NCBI GenBank assembly: GCA_045587385.1
Contig: JAZNCE010000048.1
Coordinates: forward strand, 9,797 to 73,796
DNA length: 64,000 nucleotides
Origin: Eubacteriales bacterium
GTDB taxonomy: Bacteria; Bacillota; Clostridia; Oscillospirales; CAG-272
Direction: 5' to 3'
Under the pieces are notes generated by a model. The model searched no databases. It worked only from the letters and a program-made list of their open reading frames with translations, and was not told the DNA's origin. The position numbers and the translations under genes are program-made. Positions 46,782-56,056 of this stretch are shown here, one piece after another. The first letter of the stretch is position 1. Every line of letters starts with the position of its first letter.

Positions 46782-46887
46782 AAGTGATACCTCCGTTTTC
46801 TTTGTGACTATATGATATCACATAGCGAAGACAGCGGAAAGGTATCGAAAGTGTACTAAAAGTGTAATCAACAAAAGGGAGGCATTT

Positions 46888-49800
46888 ATGACAGCGTTTA
46901 GGCTTGTTTACCAATATCTTAAACATCGAAAAGGCATGAGTATAGAATCATTAGCCGAAAATTTGTATATGAGTCCTGAAACCGTGAAAAAATGGTTAAA
47001 GAATGGTTTTAGGGCAAACAATATTACTCCTGAAAAGATTGCAAATCAACTTTTTGATTCAGATGCTCTTATGGAAGATTTCATAAACTACTTGGACAAC
47101 ATAGGCTTTTCTTTTTCTCAAAAAGCAAACGGAGAAATAAATACAGATACATTCATTAATGCCCTATCCTCTCTTTTGCAAAATGATTCGCCCAACAAAT
47201 TCCCTGATGATTTTGGAAAAAACAAAAATTTGACAGCAGAAAATGTACAAACTACTGTCAATATTGTTTTTTCAATTATAGATACTATATCTAATATCTC
47301 TCTCCCCGACTATTCCACATTGACAAACACAAACAGCAAGTACTGTACTGTTAGCCGAGCTACACTTATATCGCTTGCTAAGCATTGTTTGAATATAGAT
47401 ATAGACAATGAGCTTAGTGAAGGATGTACAGTTGATGCGTTGAATCAGCATATTCAAGATAATCCCTGCGATTTTCTTAAAGAATTTGCTAAGCAAGGGT
47501 ATAAATTTGAAGAGAAAAACGAGTTGGTTGTTGTTAAAGCTTTGAATCATACCAATACCGAAGTTAATGACGACACATTGTTTGAAACCTTAAAAACACT
47601 GTTTGAGGCATACAAACTTTTCGATCATTCAGATGTATCGTGCCTTAAAAAGAAAGAAATTAATATAACATTAAGCACGTTTTCCAACGCACTGGCCTTT
47701 CGCGGACTATTCATTACTCCCGAGCGCAAAAAATATTTCTGTGAATTTGTTCGTTATAACATACTGACAAGTAACCACGATTGCAACTATATATATCCTA
47801 TACTCTATAGTGTAAAGGAACAGTATGCCGGGAAAATAGAAAAAAGCCCGCCTCTTGTGCAAGTCGGGCTTGAAAAAACAATTGAATTGGTGGGCGAATA
47901 TTGCAATAATATTTTCCTAACAGATAACAATACCCTTCCTTTCATTCCAAATTTTCTTGCAACATTGGATTTTTATGATGTTGATAATTCTCAAAGGGTT
48001 AGAATACTTGAAGATCTTATCTTTAATAAGAAAGCCTATGATATAAGACTAATAAAAGCTCTTGCGAGTATTAATTCGAGTCGTTTGATTATCTGTCAAA
48101 AATACATTGAATCAACAATTTTTTCTCTATCAGATAAAGTCATCACCGAAGATATACGACGTGAACTTGTTGCATTCGTTTGCATGTTTGGCCGAGGCAC
48201 ATTTGAGCCTCTCGTCTATTTTGAAGCAAAAACCAATAAAAACTTTTTAAACTCCTTTTCAAGATTCACAAACTTTGTTTCGAGGAATTTTGACATCATT
48301 GTTTCCCATAATCATATACGTCGAAATGATATGGCACAAGGTTTATCGTATATTTTACTCACTATGAGTAGATATGATAAAAATTTAGCTAAAGCAACTC
48401 TACGCAACGTTAGATTGGAAAAGTTTGAAGACCATAAATTATTGACGGAAACATGTAAATTTATTATTGATGGGGAAGTTAGCTTTCGCTGTGCTACAAG
48501 TTTTACTAAAAGCTTTTCAAAAAGGAAAGATTTCTTTGATTATGTAGAAACTCATCTGATATGTTCAAAAAATCCGTTTTTGGAAAACGATAACGCAATG
48601 ATGTTAGAGGTCCTAAGCCAAATTCGTTCAGCTGCCAGAAAGAAGAATAATGAAGAAGACGATGATATAGAATTATCACAAAATTTAAAGGATTTCGCAG
48701 ACAACCTTTTGTTTTGGATTACTGAGGCTGCAATGGAAGATGTTAGACAAAATAGGCCAGTCCGTCATTTGTTTTGGCTTGCCAAGCAGTACCCTAATTG
48801 TATTAACTACGAATTAAACAACGATTATAACGAAAAAAGATCGGATGTTTTTGTTCAATTAATAAAGAATAGTAATTTTGAAATAATATTACCAAGCCAT
48901 TTTCAAAACATATGGGATGTATTTAGTTTGAAAACAAAACAAGATCTCACATTTGCGGGAGAACTCGATAAATGCATTTCTTATCTGTTTGAAAAGAATA
49001 AGCAATTTGAAGCACTCGACTTCATTATTTCAAACTATCGATTTGCTAGCACAATCAACCGGGCAAGAATTTTATGTTGTATTAAATCATTAGCAAACAG
49101 CCCGGAATTGTCAAATTTATCCTCGCCTATACTTTCAAAAGTTATCGGTTTTGCAAAAAGAAACTACGCTGATGAGGAATTGGGAGAAATCAAAGAACGG
49201 TTAATCCTCTCGTTGTCGCAACTTAAAAAGAGTAATAGGATATCTATCTATGATAGGTTTAATGCGTATTACAAATTATTAGACAAGCCTCTTGCAGAGA
49301 AAATAGCTCTTTCTATTACCATCGACGAAGCTGATAAGTATTTAACTTTTGTAGATGATGTGCTTGATTCAAAATATAATTCATGGCAAAGAGCTTGCCT
49401 CAAGGGCTTACTTTCAAATCTGTTACATCCCTCAATTTTTTGGACATTGAACTTAGATCGTCAGATCAAGTTGATTCATTACGTAAAAAATAAAGGAGAG
49501 TATTATGCAGACTTAAAAAATCTAATGCAAGATATAGTTGACAGAAACAACTTCTCTATCTTAGACTCAAGGCTCCGAACTGCGTTAACCATTCACTGCC
49601 ATAACTATATTGATCTCAAATATCCTCAAAACGCGTGTTTCCTTGAATTTCTTGAAAACACTTTAAACAAATTGACACAGAACGCTTATACACACTCAGA
49701 AATCAGAAACACTTACGGGTTAAAAACCGATACTCTTATTTACCATATTGTAGATGCATTTAAAAATCAACCCCAAAAAACTGCAATAATATGTGTTAGC

Positions 49801-50739
49801 TCAATTTGCAAAATATATAAGCAATTATCAATTCTTTCTACAGAACAAGAGTGGAACCCCTACAAAGCGTCTTTGTTAGCAGACAGAATCAAATTGTTCC
49901 CTGCAATTGTAGCAAATCCCTGCATAAATAATATTGCAAAACATTATGCTCGCAAGATGTACGGAATGATTAACAAAGCAAAAATGGATCTCCTTGATTC
50001 GGATTTGAAAGAGTTATTAAATGAACTTAGGAAAATTTGTCAGGATCAGTGGCCAAATTGGTTCGATATACATCCAATTGACATAACATTACTGCAAGAA
50101 GATAAAATCAAAGTTGGAATTGATGTTCCAATAGATAGTTTCTTAATTGATATTAGCGATACTTCTCGTTTTTCTTATGACAAGGCACAGAATGACCTTA
50201 GAAAATGGCGCGAAAATATTGATGCTCGGCCTCGGCCACTGGAACCTTCAGAAAAGAATGAGGTTGTAGCAGTATCCTGTAGAAATGGTTATGTACCGAT
50301 TTCGGGCTGGGGACTCGTATATGAGTGTGTTAAAGAGAAGAGAGATGGCTATTATAGTCCATCTGAAATAAAATCAACTATCATTTCAATAGCTGAAATT
50401 GCTCAAATACAAACAAAAAACAATTCCACACAATCGTTAAATTGCGAGGAAATTATTTATCAGTTCGAAAGAACATTTAATGCTCTGATGACGAGGATAC
50501 CCCAAAAAGCCCAGAAGCATGGACGGTATAATCGGATTTATATACGCGACGATGCATATGACATTATTGATTATAAGATTCTTCCGGATGTCGTTGCTTT
50601 TGTCAATTTCTATCATGATTATATCAAAGGGACATCGGCGCTCGAACCCAAAATAAAGACCTCGGTATTGGAAGCATTTTATGATTATCATAAAATGGTT
50701 CTGCGATTGTTAGATAAAATAATTCTCAAAGAATGCTAA
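46888..50739 (+). CDS. 1283-aa protein: XRE-type HTH N-terminus plus ~1200 aa with no recognisable domain
   Basis: AGGGAGG RBS. HTH segment RKGMSIESLAENLYMSPETVKKWLKNG. The remainder is Leu/Ile/Asn/Lys/Phe-rich. No Walker A, HxH or nuclease motif found by eye. Confidence 0.7.
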   Translation: MTAFRLVYQYLKHRKGMSIESLAENLYMSPETVKKWLKNGFRANNITPEKIANQLFDSDALMEDFINYLDNIGFSFSQKANGEINTDTFINALSSLLQNDSPNKFPDDFGKNKNLTAENVQTTVNIVFSIIDTISNISLPDYSTLTNTNSKYCTVSRATLISLAKHCLNIDIDNELSEGCTVDALNQHIQDNPCDFLKEFAKQGYKFEEKNELVVVKALNHTNTEVNDDTLFETLKTLFEAYKLFDHSDVSCLKKKEINITLSTFSNALAFRGLFITPERKKYFCEFVRYNILTSNHDCNYIYPILYSVKEQYAGKIEKSPPLVQVGLEKTIELVGEYCNNIFLTDNNTLPFIPNFLATLDFYDVDNSQRVRILEDLIFNKKAYDIRLIKALASINSSRLIICQKYIESTIFSLSDKVITEDIRRELVAFVCMFGRGTFEPLVYFEAKTNKNFLNSFSRFTNFVSRNFDIIVSHNHIRRNDMAQGLSYILLTMSRYDKNLAKATLRNVRLEKFEDHKLLTETCKFIIDGEVSFRCATSFTKSFSKRKDFFDYVETHLICSKNPFLENDNAMMLEVLSQIRSAARKKNNEEDDDIELSQNLKDFADNLLFWITEAAMEDVRQNRPVRHLFWLAKQYPNCINYELNNDYNEKRSDVFVQLIKNSNFEIILPSHFQNIWDVFSLKTKQDLTFAGELDKCISYLFEKNKQFEALDFIISNYRFASTINRARILCCIKSLANSPELSNLSSPILSKVIGFAKRNYADEELGEIKERLILSLSQLKKSNRISIYDRFNAYYKLLDKPLAEKIALSITIDEADKYLTFVDDVLDSKYNSWQRACLKGLLSNLLHPSIFWTLNLDRQIKLIHYVKNKGEYYADLKNLMQDIVDRNNFSILDSRLRTALTIHCHNYIDLKYPQNACFLEFLENTLNKLTQNAYTHSEIRNTYGLKTDTLIYHIVDAFKNQPQKTAIICVSSICKIYKQLSILSTEQEWNPYKASLLADRIKLFPAIVANPCINNIAKHYARKMYGMINKAKMDLLDSDLKELLNELRKICQDQWPNWFDIHPIDITLLQEDKIKVGIDVPIDSFLIDISDTSRFSYDKAQNDLRKWRENIDARPRPLEPSEKNEVVAVSCRNGYVPISGWGLVYECVKEKRDGYYSPSEIKSTIISIAEIAQIQTKNNSTQSLNCEEIIYQFERTFNALMTRIPQKAQKHGRYNRIYIRDDAYDIIDYKILPDVVAFVNFYHDYIKGTSALEPKIKTSVLEAFYDYHKMVLRLLDKIILKEC

Positions 50740-50753
50740 AGGGAGGAATCAAT

Positions 50754-51311
50754 TTGATTAAAAACGATAACAACATTCAATTAAATGCGATGGAAGAAAG
50801 CACCGTCAAAGCATTTCATACTGTTATATCCAGTATCCTTGAAGAAAAGGCATTTTCAATCTCAATTGGAATTACAAAAAGCGCTTTTGCTGAAAAATAT
50901 TTGGAGTTAGACCTTCCGTTGAAACCCGAAGACGGCGATAAAATTGATCCTCTTTGCGTTACAATGAAAAATGGAGTGTTTTATCTTGAATATTTTTATA
51001 GAGCAGAGTGCATATCGAATGAGCTCGGCTGCATCGCTACCAACGAAATCAATAGTAACCTGAATAATCTTCCAACAAAATGCGTCTATAGCCAACACGA
51101 AGAAGGTTTTTATATTTCGGCTGTATTTTATAATTCCGAAGATATCATCGAAGTAACAAACGCGGTGCTTCTTGTTCTTGAATATCTCATAATATTAGAG
51201 AATTTTTTAAAAGGAAAGGCAACAGATATGGAAACCGAGCAGGCATTTGATGCCATAGCAGCTGGCGGTGGTTATGTTTCGTCTAAGATTGAGGATTTTA
51301 ATATTTGTTAA
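50754..51311 (+). CDS. Hypothetical protein, partner B of the giant HTH protein
   Basis: GGGAGG at 50742-50747, then TTG at 50754. Alternative starts are ATG 50733 (overlapping the upstream stop) and ATG 50790. Confidence 0.55.
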   Translation: MIKNDNNIQLNAMEESTVKAFHTVISSILEEKAFSISIGITKSAFAEKYLELDLPLKPEDGDKIDPLCVTMKNGVFYLEYFYRAECISNELGCIATNEINSNLNNLPTKCVYSQHEEGFYISAVFYNSEDIIEVTNAVLLVLEYLIILENFLKGKATDMETEQAFDAIAAGGGYVSSKIEDFNIC

Positions 51312-51325
51312 AAATGGAGACTAAT

Positions 51326-52321
51326 ATGGATATTGTGAGCAAATTGAAAGAAAAGTTTGACGAGTATGGGTTAATGGATATCGCTGAAAGCTTTTGTGAG
51401 AGTTATAAATTAGCTATTAAGGATATGTATCCGGAAATCAGATTTGATAATGACGCGCTCCCATCCGACGATTGCTTTAAAACGCTCGTTGCTGTAAAGC
51501 AATCCATAATAGCAGACAAGGATCTATCATCAAAACGCGATTTAACGGACTTGGAAATTAAACGAATACTCGAAATTCCTTATACTCAAGTTCAGCAAGT
51601 TAAAGAGTTGATATGTGACTCGTATGATTACCAGCATGACGTAATAGAAAGTTATTATGGGAAAAATCTTTCCATGTATTTTATTACACCGGTAACGGTG
51701 AAAAAAGTATTTGAATATTTATCTGAAAAATTCGAGAATGAAATATGCAAACATGTATTTCTTGATTCTCTTATTCTTGGATACGAAGAAACAACAAACA
51801 GAATAGATACTTTGATAGCTTGTACAGGAATAGCTGCCACCGAGATTCTGTATGAAACGTATTGCAGAAACGGAAAGCTGGGCTATCTGCTATACCCCTA
51901 TTATACAAATCCGAAAAAGGCTATTAAATATTTATCCGAAAGACTTGATAAAAGCACGGTCGCCCACATACTCAAAACAGATTTTTGGTATCTATATGCC
52001 TACAAGGATGACGGATATCAAGGCGTCGCGACACACGGACATGATCAAGAGTATGTTGACCGAGTTGTTAGCGTCTATAAAGCGCAAGAAAATATTGCCA
52101 TTGCTTTCCATAATACAATGAATCAAGTCACAAAAGAAAATGCTCAAAATCTATGGGAAGAAACATTTTTGCCAAGATACAGCAAAATAAAAGACCATTT
52201 TTTGCAATATCCCCCGTGCCCACTTTTGACCAAATCTTTGTATGGCGTGATTACGATGTTTGACAGATACGAAATTGAGCTTAGCAATGAGTTTGCGTTT
52301 TATTCTTTAGATAGGACATGA
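51326..52321 (+). CDS. Hypothetical protein, partner C
   Basis: GGAG lies 5-6 nt upstream of ATG 51326 (alternative ATG 51314). Begins within 15 nt of the upstream stop (TAA 51309-51311). Confidence 0.55.
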   Translation: MDIVSKLKEKFDEYGLMDIAESFCESYKLAIKDMYPEIRFDNDALPSDDCFKTLVAVKQSIIADKDLSSKRDLTDLEIKRILEIPYTQVQQVKELICDSYDYQHDVIESYYGKNLSMYFITPVTVKKVFEYLSEKFENEICKHVFLDSLILGYEETTNRIDTLIACTGIAATEILYETYCRNGKLGYLLYPYYTNPKKAIKYLSERLDKSTVAHILKTDFWYLYAYKDDGYQGVATHGHDQEYVDRVVSVYKAQENIAIAFHNTMNQVTKENAQNLWEETFLPRYSKIKDHFLQYPPCPLLTKSLYGVITMFDRYEIELSNEFAFYSLDRT

Positions 52322-52504
52322 TACGGCAAATGGTAGGACGCTATATTGCGGACAGTCCTATCTGACAAAAACAAGGTAGTTCGGTTGAAAATTGACAGAA
52401 CACTCGATTGATTAAAGTTTTCTGTTTGTTAACACAATTAAGTCTGGACTTCCGCTCTCTTCTGTGGTATATTGTGTGTTACCAAAAACAAGGAGGTAAC
52501 ATAC

Positions 52505-52759
52505 ATGGCAAAGATTACGATTGAAGAGCTGTACCGCGGAGAAAAATACGACATCATGAGCGCAGTGACGGCAAAGGCATTGCATCTCGGCATTGACGAG
52601 CGAGCCGAGGAAGGTCGGACGTGGATTGAGATGGAACTCGTCCGTCAGACCGTGATAGCAATTGAACAAATGAAAAAGAACGGTGACTGTATTGCCGAGG
52701 AAGATCTCGGAGATATGGTCACCGTTTCTGTATGCGGAGGTTCTGATGAAAACAATTGA
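52505..52759 (+). CDS. Small conserved-looking IME backbone protein (unknown)
   Basis: AAGGAGG RBS before MAKITIEELYRGEKYD. Confidence 0.5.
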   Translation: MAKITIEELYRGEKYDIMSAVTAKALHLGIDERAEEGRTWIEMELVRQTVIAIEQMKKNGDCIAEEDLGDMVTVSVCGGSDENN

Positions 52760-53033
52760 CGAGCTGTGGTACGGCAACATCTCACCATTTGAGCAATGCA
52801 CGCACGGTGACAAGCGGTTGAAGGAACTGCTGAAACTGGTTGCCCGGAACCGCGAGGATTTGGACGGATCCCTTACGGAAAAGCAGAAGGAAACACTCGA
52901 AAAGTTTGAGGACTGTATGAATGAGATGCATAGCATCACCGAGCGCGATGCATTCTCCTACGGATTCCGACTCGGAGTGAAGCTGATGGCTGAAGCCTTC
53001 CTTCTGCCTTTGGGTGAGAATGAGAATTTATAG
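52746..53033 (+). CDS. Small IME backbone protein (unknown)
   Basis: Start MKTIDELWYGNISPFEQ overlaps the upstream gene by 14 nt. Confidence 0.5.
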   Translation: MKTIDELWYGNISPFEQCTHGDKRLKELLKLVARNREDLDGSLTEKQKETLEKFEDCMNEMHSITERDAFSYGFRLGVKLMAEAFLLPLGENENL

Positions 53034-53099
53034 GGTGGTCCCCAATGCCCATCCTAAAAGTCTGGTCTGGGTGAAAAGCACCCAGACCTATTTTTTTGT

Positions 53100-53700
53100 G
53101 CCGAAAGGCGCATTTTTTGTTTGCAAGGGCGATTTTTGTAAATAAAAAGTAAACAATGCGAAGTGAGGGGTGAATTTTGCCCATTTTTTGTCCTTTTAGG
53201 TGAGGGATGATTTTTCAAGGCAAGAGGCAAGACCTCATTTTGAGGTCTTGATGGTGTCCATGTCGTAATTTCCGCTCACAAGGTCAATTTCTGTAAACAA
53301 ATTGTAAACATATTGCCGAAAGCCCTCAAAAGGGGGTGTAAAAACCCCGATTTTTTTCATATAGGTGAGGAATGTTTTTCAAAAGGGGTTTATTTTCGGC
53401 TTTTCTGTGGCTATTAGGTGAGAGGATCATCTGCAAGACAGGATTTCTGTAAACAAACGGTAAACATTGCTCTCAAGAGGGGGTACAAACCGCTATTTTT
53501 ATGGGTATAGGTAGAGGATGTTTTTTCGATGGCGATGATTTTGTAAATATGCTGTGAATTTTTCTCAAAAACACCCTCCCCAAACCCTGTTTTTATGGGT
53601 ATAGGTGAGGGGACAAATTCTGACACGTAGGAATCAAAGAAAAAGTTTTTCGGGATGGTTATCAAAACACCAAAATTTTTGGCTATGTAATTGAGGGAAC
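53100..53700 (+). repeat. Degenerate direct repeats (4-6 units) in a ~650-bp non-coding tract
   Basis: Recurrent modules TTT(C)TGTAAA(C/T)A..(G)GTAAACA... then ...T-run...(A/T)TAGGT(G)AG(A/G)GGA(T). TAGGTGAGG-type cores lie near 53197, 53362, 53415, 53508, 53602 and 53688. Confidence 0.65.
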
Positions 53701-53802
53701 TTTTTCTGCCCTACATAAAAAATTTAGAAAGGCAGGTAATCAATGAAAACGTTAATACAAAAAGCAGCCTCATGGAGCTGTGGACGAGGGGAGGTGAAAA
53801 TA

Positions 53803-54092
53803 TGTCAGATTACAAATTGACACTCGCAGAAAAGGAAACCATCATTCTCTGGAGCGAAGTTGACGATACCGTTCAGATCGATACGTTCAGCCAAAAGCTG
53901 ATCAACCGTCTTCGCAAAGCAAAGGAAAGATGCCCGGAGCTTTATCGTGTGGACGATCCTGATCGCTATGGCGGTGTCTATGCGGAAGTGCCGAAAAAGC
54001 TCGTGCAGATATCCTTCCGTGAGCCGATCAGCGAGGAACGCCGCGAGCAGTACGCAAGGCTCGCCAAGGAACGCTTCTACAGCGAAGATTAA
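53803..54092 (+). CDS. Small IME backbone protein (unknown)
   Basis: GGGGAGGTG RBS before MSDYKLTLAEKE. Confidence 0.5.
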
Positions 54093-54428
54093 GTAGGACT
54101 GTGGAAGCACGAACGATGCGGTGGGGCAACTGGCCACCCCACCCTTATTCAACCGAAGATACCCCACGTCACTCAAGGGTGCGAGAGCATCAGAAGCCAC
54201 GATACACGCCCACGGTATCAGTGCCTCAAGTGCCTCAAAAAACGCAGCTCTCGGAACTATCGTTCCTTCCGTCCCTTGCGTTCCTGCGCTGTCGGGAACG
54301 CAGAAGATGTACAGCTTCGGTTTTATCGCCAGTTTCGCCTTTGTTTTACGACCACCGATTTCGGTAGCCGCAAAGGCATCGGGCTAAGCCCATACCCCTA
54401 TTATATTTTACAAGAAAGGAGTCCTTGA
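54093..54428 (+). other. Candidate oriT region
   Basis: Non-coding, G+C-richer tract directly upstream of mobC/relaxase. Inverted repeats GGTGGGG..CCCCACC and GCGTTCC-TGCGCTGTCG-GGAACGC. Confidence 0.35.
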
Positions 54429-54749
54429 ATGGACAACCAAGACACTAAAAGTTCAATCATTGCATTCAGAGTCACGCCCGAGGAAAGAACGTGGATCGAG
54501 AAACATTCCTACGGTAATTATCGCGTCATTAGCGATTTTGTTCGGGATTGTGTACTCAAAAAAGACATCGTCATCGTCAAAGGTCTCGATGAATTCTCAA
54601 ACGAATTACGGCGCATCGGTAACAATTTGAATCAGCTTACGAGAGCTGTCAATGCAGGATATGTCCGCGCCGTTGACCTCACAGAAACGAAGGAGGAGAT
54701 GGAAAAGCTATGGCAATCGTTAAATTCGTTACTGCGCGATGTCCCATGA
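54429..54749 (+). CDS. mobC: MobC-family relaxosome accessory protein
   Basis: AAAGGAG RBS. Hallmark RRIGNNLNQLTRAVN. Confidence 0.75.
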   Translation: MDNQDTKSSIIAFRVTPEERTWIEKHSYGNYRVISDFVRDCVLKKDIVIVKGLDEFSNELRRIGNNLNQLTRAVNAGYVRAVDLTETKEEMEKLWQSLNSLLRDVP

Positions 54750-55696
54750 ATAATATCTTTCCGTACGTGATGAATTCCAAGAAAACAGATGGCGGCGTCC
54801 TCGTTTCAGGCATCCACTGTATGCCCGAAACCGCGCTGAATGAATTCCGTTTCGTCAAAAACAAATTCGGCAAGACCGATGGCAGACAGTACTATCATAT
54901 CGTGCAATCCTTCAGTCCCGACGATAATCTTGACGCTGAAACCGCCCATGAGATTGGGCTGAAGTTTGCCGAATTCTATCCCGGATATCAGATCGTAGTT
55001 GCCACCCATTGTAATCGCTCACACCTCCACAGCCACATCATAATGAACTCCGTGAACATGGAAAACGGCAAAAAGTTTCACCAAACAGCAAGCGAGCTGG
55101 CTCGGGTAAAAGAATATTCCAACAAGTTTTGTCAGGAGTATGGACTCTCGGTTACCGAGGTGAAATCCTCCGCTCAGCTGTACCACAAGTGGAAGGATTT
55201 GCTTATCAGAAAGGCATTTTCTATCGCCAACCGCACACGTTCCAAGGAAGAATTCATCTGGGAAATGGAGATGCACGGCTACAAGGTTGCCTGGAAGGAC
55301 AACCATAAGTATATCACTTTCACCACTCCCGACGGTCATAAATGCCGTGACAATAAGCTCTTTGCAGAGCAACTCCTGCGAAAGAATTTGGAGATATACT
55401 TCGCTCTCGGCGGTTGTGAATCAGGACTTGCGGATCAATACAAGCGGTATGTAAACCACTCTCAACCCGAACACACCTACACCGTTGGCAACGGACTCTT
55501 CAATCTGTTCAAAAGCTTGTTGGAAAGCATTCCGTATGAAGAAAGATTCACACCGCCTGTTGAAGATCACCAACTCGACAAAATGACCGTGATGATACTT
55601 GAATCAATGGGCATCAAGGTCGAGCCTAAAGCGCTCTTCTACTATTCTGCAAATAATCAGCAGGAAGAAGAACAGGGCTATGGGCTCTGGATGTAA
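54710..55696 (+). CDS. Relaxase/mobilization nuclease (MobA/VirD2-type)
   Basis: YYHIVQSFSPDD and the His cluster THCNRSHLHSHIIMNSV. Overlaps the mobC 3' end. Confidence 0.75.
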   Translation: MAIVKFVTARCPMNNIFPYVMNSKKTDGGVLVSGIHCMPETALNEFRFVKNKFGKTDGRQYYHIVQSFSPDDNLDAETAHEIGLKFAEFYPGYQIVVATHCNRSHLHSHIIMNSVNMENGKKFHQTASELARVKEYSNKFCQEYGLSVTEVKSSAQLYHKWKDLLIRKAFSIANRTRSKEEFIWEMEMHGYKVAWKDNHKYITFTTPDGHKCRDNKLFAEQLLRKNLEIYFALGGCESGLADQYKRYVNHSQPEHTYTVGNGLFNLFKSLLESIPYEERFTPPVEDHQLDKMTVMILESMGIKVEPKALFYYSANNQQEEEQGYGLWM

Positions 55697-55741
55697 TCAA
55701 AATTTGCACCGCAAAACAAAGAAAAAGCAGAAAGGAAATTA

Positions 55742-55990
55742 ATGACCAATAATTTAAACGAAAATATTTTTACAACATTCTCGGATGAAGCTGTAAGCAA
55801 TCGCCGCCGCAGTATCTATCTTTCAAGTGAAAAGACTATAGGCAAAATGCATTATACCGTTGTTTCCGCTTTCCCAATGCCCTATGATGATGTTGATGCT
55901 GAATCAGCATCGGATAAAATTGCCTATCTGATCAAAGGCGAGAAAGTTAACAAAAAGTTATCTGGACTTATGGAAGGAGATGCGGTATGA
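55742..55990 (+). CDS. Small hypothetical protein
   Basis: AAAGGAAA RBS; 82 aa. Confidence 0.4.
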   Translation: MTNNLNENIFTTFSDEAVSNRRRSIYLSSEKTIGKMHYTVVSAFPMPYDDVDAESASDKIAYLIKGEKVNKKLSGLMEGDAV

Positions 55991-56056
55991 TGTGTTTGTA
56001 TCCTATTCGGTTTGATTTTACAGAATCCATGGGATTCGGAAAGGAATGAAACTATT

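Noticed and set aside
53414-53665. 83-aa minus-strand ORF inside the repeat tract
   Set aside because: It has no RBS, it spans several degenerate repeat units, and its composition reflects the repeats rather than a protein.
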